From: Candidatus Poribacteria bacterium
GTDB lineage: Bacteria; Poribacteria; WGA-4E; PCPOR2b
NCBI GenBank assembly: GCA_965198175.1
Contig: OZ240245.1
Location: forward strand, 4,352,001-4,416,000
Direction: 5' to 3'
DNA: 64,000 bases
Below, piece after piece: positions 59,513 to 64,000 of this stretch. Numbering within the stretch: the first letter of the stretch is position 1; each line of letters opens with the position of its first letter. The position numbers and the translations under genes are program-made. The notes beneath the pieces are model-generated. The model was given only the letters and a program-made list of their open reading frames with translations, did no database searches and was not told where the DNA came from.

Positions 59513-61637
59513 TCAAATCGAAACCTATAATCCCGATGCTGATTTCGATCTTCTGCGGAGAAGCTACGAGTATAGTGAAGAACACCACAGTGGTCAACAG
59601 CGAAGATCTGGTCACCCTTACTTCACCCACTGTCTTGAGACTGCCAATTCCTTAATTGATCTGAAGCTAGATGTACCCACAATCTGCGCCGGGCTTTTAC
59701 ACGATGTGCTGGAGGATACGTTGGTGACTCGCGATGAGCTCGCGCGGCTATTCGGAGAGACAATCGCGCAACTTGTTGAAGGTGTTACCAAGATCGGCGC
59801 ATACCATTTCAAAGGCAGAACCCAGCAAACGCAAGCGGATAACTACCTGAATCTGTTTCTAGCTACGGCAAAGGATATTCGGGTCATTCTCATTAAGCTC
59901 GCAGATCGATTACATAACATGGAAACGCTGTCATTCCTATCTATAGACAGACAGCAGGAAATTGCGAAGGAGACGCTTGAAATCTACGCCTCCCTTGCCC
60001 ACCGATTGGGAATAAATCGAATCAAGAGCAGACTTGAAGATTTGGCGTTCAAGTATCTACACCCCCTCGAATACAAAGAGATTGCCAGTTTGCTTGCTGA
60101 GAAACTTGATGAGAGGGAAGCATACACACGAAAAATGGAAGGAATTATCGCACAAGAATTGGAGAGAGGGCGGATCAGAGCAAAGGTCCATGGACGCCCC
60201 AAGCATATATACAGCATCTATCACAAGATTCACCACAAAGGGGTACCCTTCGAGGAAATCTGCGATTTGATTGCGTTACGCATCCTGGTAGAAGACACTG
60301 CTGATTGTTATGCGGTGTTAGGGATTTTACACGGTAAGTGGAAGCATATACCGGAGAGATTTAAAGATTTTATTGGACTTCCCAAGAGAAACGGCTATAG
60401 AGCATTGCATACGACGATTCTCGATCGGGATCGTCCTGAGCGAGGTCGTCCTATAGAGATTCAGATTCGCGCTTTTCAGATGCACGAAGTTGCTGAATAT
60501 GGCATTGCAGCGCATTGGAGTTATAAAGAGGGTGTACCTTCGACAACAGAAAGCCATTCAATTTTCGCGTGGTTAAGGCAGATGCTAGATGATATTCAGG
60601 AACTCAAAAACCCCTACCAGTTTATCCAATCAATGAAGTGGGAGTTGCTTCCTGATGAGGTCTATGTTTTTTCACCCAAGGGAGACCTCTTTTCGCTTCC
60701 AGCCGGTTCGACGCCAATCGACTTTGCATACAAGATTCACACGGATATAGGGCAAACATGTTGCGGTGCAGAAGTCAACGGGGTGATATTACCTCTCAGA
60801 TACCGTCTACAAAATGGTGACCGCGTAAAAATTATGACCAATTCCAAAGCACACCCAAGTCGGGATTGGTTGCGGTGGGCTAAAACAACCCGTGCACGAA
60901 ACAAGATTCGGCATTGGTTTAGAGAGCAAGATCGCGCACAGGCAATTGAGCTTGGAAGAAGATTTCTTGAGATGGAAATGCGTCGTCAGCATCTCGATCT
61001 GCGGACTTATCTGAAATCGCCCGAGTTACTTGCGATTGCGAAAAAGCTGAAACTGAATACAATTGATGACCTGTTGATGCAGATCGGGAATGGAAAGGAA
61101 TCCGCTGAGCATGTCGTCAATGTGTTACACCCCGAACCGAATACAGCAGAGGAAAGAGAGACAACATTAGATGCGGCTCAGCCGGCGCCAGCAATTCAGC
61201 TTGAAGGTATTGATATAGCGCTTGTGCGTATCATGAAGTGTTGCCACCCTATTCCGGGTGATGAGATTATTGGATATATTACTCGCGGTCGGGGCGTCTC
61301 AATTCATCGAGCAGGCTGTCCTCGCATTATAAATGAGACGGAACGGATTGTTAATGTTGAGTGGAAACCGGTCAATCGTGCTAACTACCCGGCTGAAATA
61401 GCAGTTCGGTGTGAGGATCGCCCTGGCATGCTTGGGGAAATTGCGACACTAATTGCTCAATACAAAGTGAACATCGTAAAGGGAAATCTCGCACACTCTG
61501 TAATGCCCATCGAGGGAACGGCGCATGACAAACTCACTTTAGCGGTGAATGGCATTGAGCAGTTAGAGGCGGTCATGGAGTCAATCCGGTGTTTAAATGG
61601 GGTACAAACCGTTAGTAGAATCTCTACGGTGAATTGA
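59490..61637 (+). CDS. relA: Bifunctional (p)ppGpp synthetase/hydrolase (Rel/SpoT)
   Basis: HD motif LLHDVLED, KLADRLHN, GRPKHIYSI, AEYGIAAHWSYK, TGS (TPIDFAY), CC and ACT domains. Confidence 0.96.
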   Translation: MSVETLINQIETYNPDADFDLLRRSYEYSEEHHSGQQRRSGHPYFTHCLETANSLIDLKLDVPTICAGLLHDVLEDTLVTRDELARLFGETIAQLVEGVTKIGAYHFKGRTQQTQADNYLNLFLATAKDIRVILIKLADRLHNMETLSFLSIDRQQEIAKETLEIYASLAHRLGINRIKSRLEDLAFKYLHPLEYKEIASLLAEKLDEREAYTRKMEGIIAQELERGRIRAKVHGRPKHIYSIYHKIHHKGVPFEEICDLIALRILVEDTADCYAVLGILHGKWKHIPERFKDFIGLPKRNGYRALHTTILDRDRPERGRPIEIQIRAFQMHEVAEYGIAAHWSYKEGVPSTTESHSIFAWLRQMLDDIQELKNPYQFIQSMKWELLPDEVYVFSPKGDLFSLPAGSTPIDFAYKIHTDIGQTCCGAEVNGVILPLRYRLQNGDRVKIMTNSKAHPSRDWLRWAKTTRARNKIRHWFREQDRAQAIELGRRFLEMEMRRQHLDLRTYLKSPELLAIAKKLKLNTIDDLLMQIGNGKESAEHVVNVLHPEPNTAEERETTLDAAQPAPAIQLEGIDIALVRIMKCCHPIPGDEIIGYITRGRGVSIHRAGCPRIINETERIVNVEWKPVNRANYPAEIAVRCEDRPGMLGEIATLIAQYKVNIVKGNLAHSVMPIEGTAHDKLTLAVNGIEQLEAVMESIRCLNGVQTVSRISTVN

Positions 61638-61667
61638 ACGTGTTCCGGTTGGGTGACTGTGTTTTGC

Positions 61668-61901
61668 TTAGCTTCCTGTTTCCAATGCCATAGGTGACTC
61701 ACTCGCACGTGAGATTACCTTTACCACTTTTCCAGACTTGAGACAGCGCACACATATCCGGATTCGTTTATTACCAGCTTCTGTTTGAATACGGACGCGC
61801 TGTAAATTTGGTAACCATCTCCGCTTGGTATGCCGGCGAGATTTACTAATTTTGTTGCCTGTCATCGGTTTTTTGCCACAAACATAACAGATTCGAGCCA
61901 A
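61668..61901 (-). CDS. rpmB: 50S ribosomal protein L28
   Basis: ARICYVCGKKPMTGN..TKRRWLPNLQ..CVRCLKSG; TTG start at 61901 after GGAGGT. Confidence 0.95.
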   Translation of the reverse strand: MARICYVCGKKPMTGNKISKSRRHTKRRWLPNLQRVRIQTEAGNKRIRICVRCLKSGKVVKVISRASESPMALETGS

Positions 61902-62043
61902 TTTACCTCCCCCCCTTCTCAACCACTTGAATTCCAAAATTAAAGCAACCCGCTTAGCATATCATAATACATCTATGAAATGCAAGGTTTTTTGGGAAAT
62001 CATTAACATTTCCGCTTCACGGGCTAAAGTAAAGAATTGGAAA

Positions 62044-62820
62044 GTGAAGTTTCAAAAACTGTTTATCGTGGTGGGTCTCACAATTGCCTGTTTTGCATGC
62101 GGCGACGACTCGCTAGTCCGTCCTCTTCAGCAACCAGAGGAACCTCAAGTCGGCGCCGTGTCCGGAATTATAACCGATGTCAGAACCGGCAATCCAATTC
62201 CTGAAGCCACGGTTACTCTATCGGATCAGACCGTGAAAACTGGTGTTAACGGGAAGTACATCTTCACGCAAATCACTTATTCGGAAACCCTAAGCCTGAC
62301 TGTCGAAGCTGTAGACTATGCAACTCAAAAACCGACATTTGCGTTGAATATTGAACACCTCGTGTTTAACATCTCCATGAAACCGTCGACAAATCCTGAA
62401 CTGGAGATTCTGCGGTTTCTTGATACCCTTTCTAGACTGATTGAGTCAAAGGATGGAAAAAACCTTGAGGCAATTCAAGCGCATTTTTCGCAATCTTACG
62501 TAGCTGGCGCCGATCCGGTCACCCGCTTTTTCGGTCTGCCAACCGGCGTTATTCCGGCGAATTATGAGCAAGTCATCCGATGGATCACGAAGCTATTTGA
62601 AACGTTTAACACCATCGAATTTAACTTCTATGATATTGAGATGGAGGTTACTCATACCCAAAAAGCGTCAGCACAGCTTAACCTTGACATCATTATGGAA
62701 AAAGGAGTTCGACCTGAAAAACGAAAGGTTGTCTCCGAATGTGAAATCTTTTTTCGCAAAGAATTGTCTCATTGGAAAGTTATTTTCTGGCAGTTTTCCA
62801 GATTTGATATTCATCTGTAG
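62044..62820 (+). CDS. Lipoprotein with carboxypeptidase-regulatory-like and NTF2/SnoaL-like domains
   Basis: GTG start 62044; lipobox CFAC; VSGIITDVRTGNPIPEATV..NGKY. Confidence 0.75.
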   Translation: MKFQKLFIVVGLTIACFACGDDSLVRPLQQPEEPQVGAVSGIITDVRTGNPIPEATVTLSDQTVKTGVNGKYIFTQITYSETLSLTVEAVDYATQKPTFALNIEHLVFNISMKPSTNPELEILRFLDTLSRLIESKDGKNLEAIQAHFSQSYVAGADPVTRFFGLPTGVIPANYEQVIRWITKLFETFNTIEFNFYDIEMEVTHTQKASAQLNLDIIMEKGVRPEKRKVVSECEIFFRKELSHWKVIFWQFSRFDIHL

Positions 62821-62862
62821 ACAGTATAATACAAATTTTTCACTTAAGCATACGATGTGTAA

Positions 62863-64000
<1,138 letters not shown>

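Overview
64 kb of a diderm bacterial chromosome. It is most likely Candidatus Poribacteria, inferred from the many secreted LamG/TolB-like proteins ending in a 'V(S/H)PxxKLxTTWxxIK' tail; this assignment is not proven. Layout: (1) 1-9.4 kb holds a co-oriented array of 2 TolB/PD40 and 8 LamG-type secreted proteins, including a 3 x 940-bp tandem triplication with mosaic structure and one hypervariable segment. (2) 9.7-16.5 kb is an accessory region with GTAG-type REP/REPIN elements, a type IIG restriction-modification gene with an AT-rich specificity block, and a small HNH gene bracketed by ~145-bp inverted repeats. (3) FGE-domain protein, lipoate ligase family protein, lysA, an AT-rich secreted-protein + lipoprotein module, TamB-like and BamA/TamA-like genes. 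(4) tRNA-Thr/Tyr/Gly/Thr, rpmG, tRNA-Trp, secE, nusG, rplKAJL, with no tuf and no rpoBC. (5) A PorV-like barrel/lytic transglycosylase fusion, LysM-M23 peptidase, metabolic genes and a selenocysteine formate dehydrogenase with SECIS. (6) 50.3-54.3 kb is a decaying island: ECF-sigma/Fis-HTH chimera with an in-frame stop, a sigma54 promoter, a second secreted-protein + lipoprotein module and an integrase relic. (7) rpoE/anti-sigma/RseB, recJ, rel, rpmB, a lipoprotein and partial ligA. The best candidates for undescribed biology are a shared C-terminal tail on 11 secreted proteins of three unrelated folds (possible sorting signal), the recombination-diversified LamG array, the twice-occurring secreted/lipoprotein module, and the REPIN-bracketed HNH gene. 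All family calls come from motif recognition by eye; no database searches were run.
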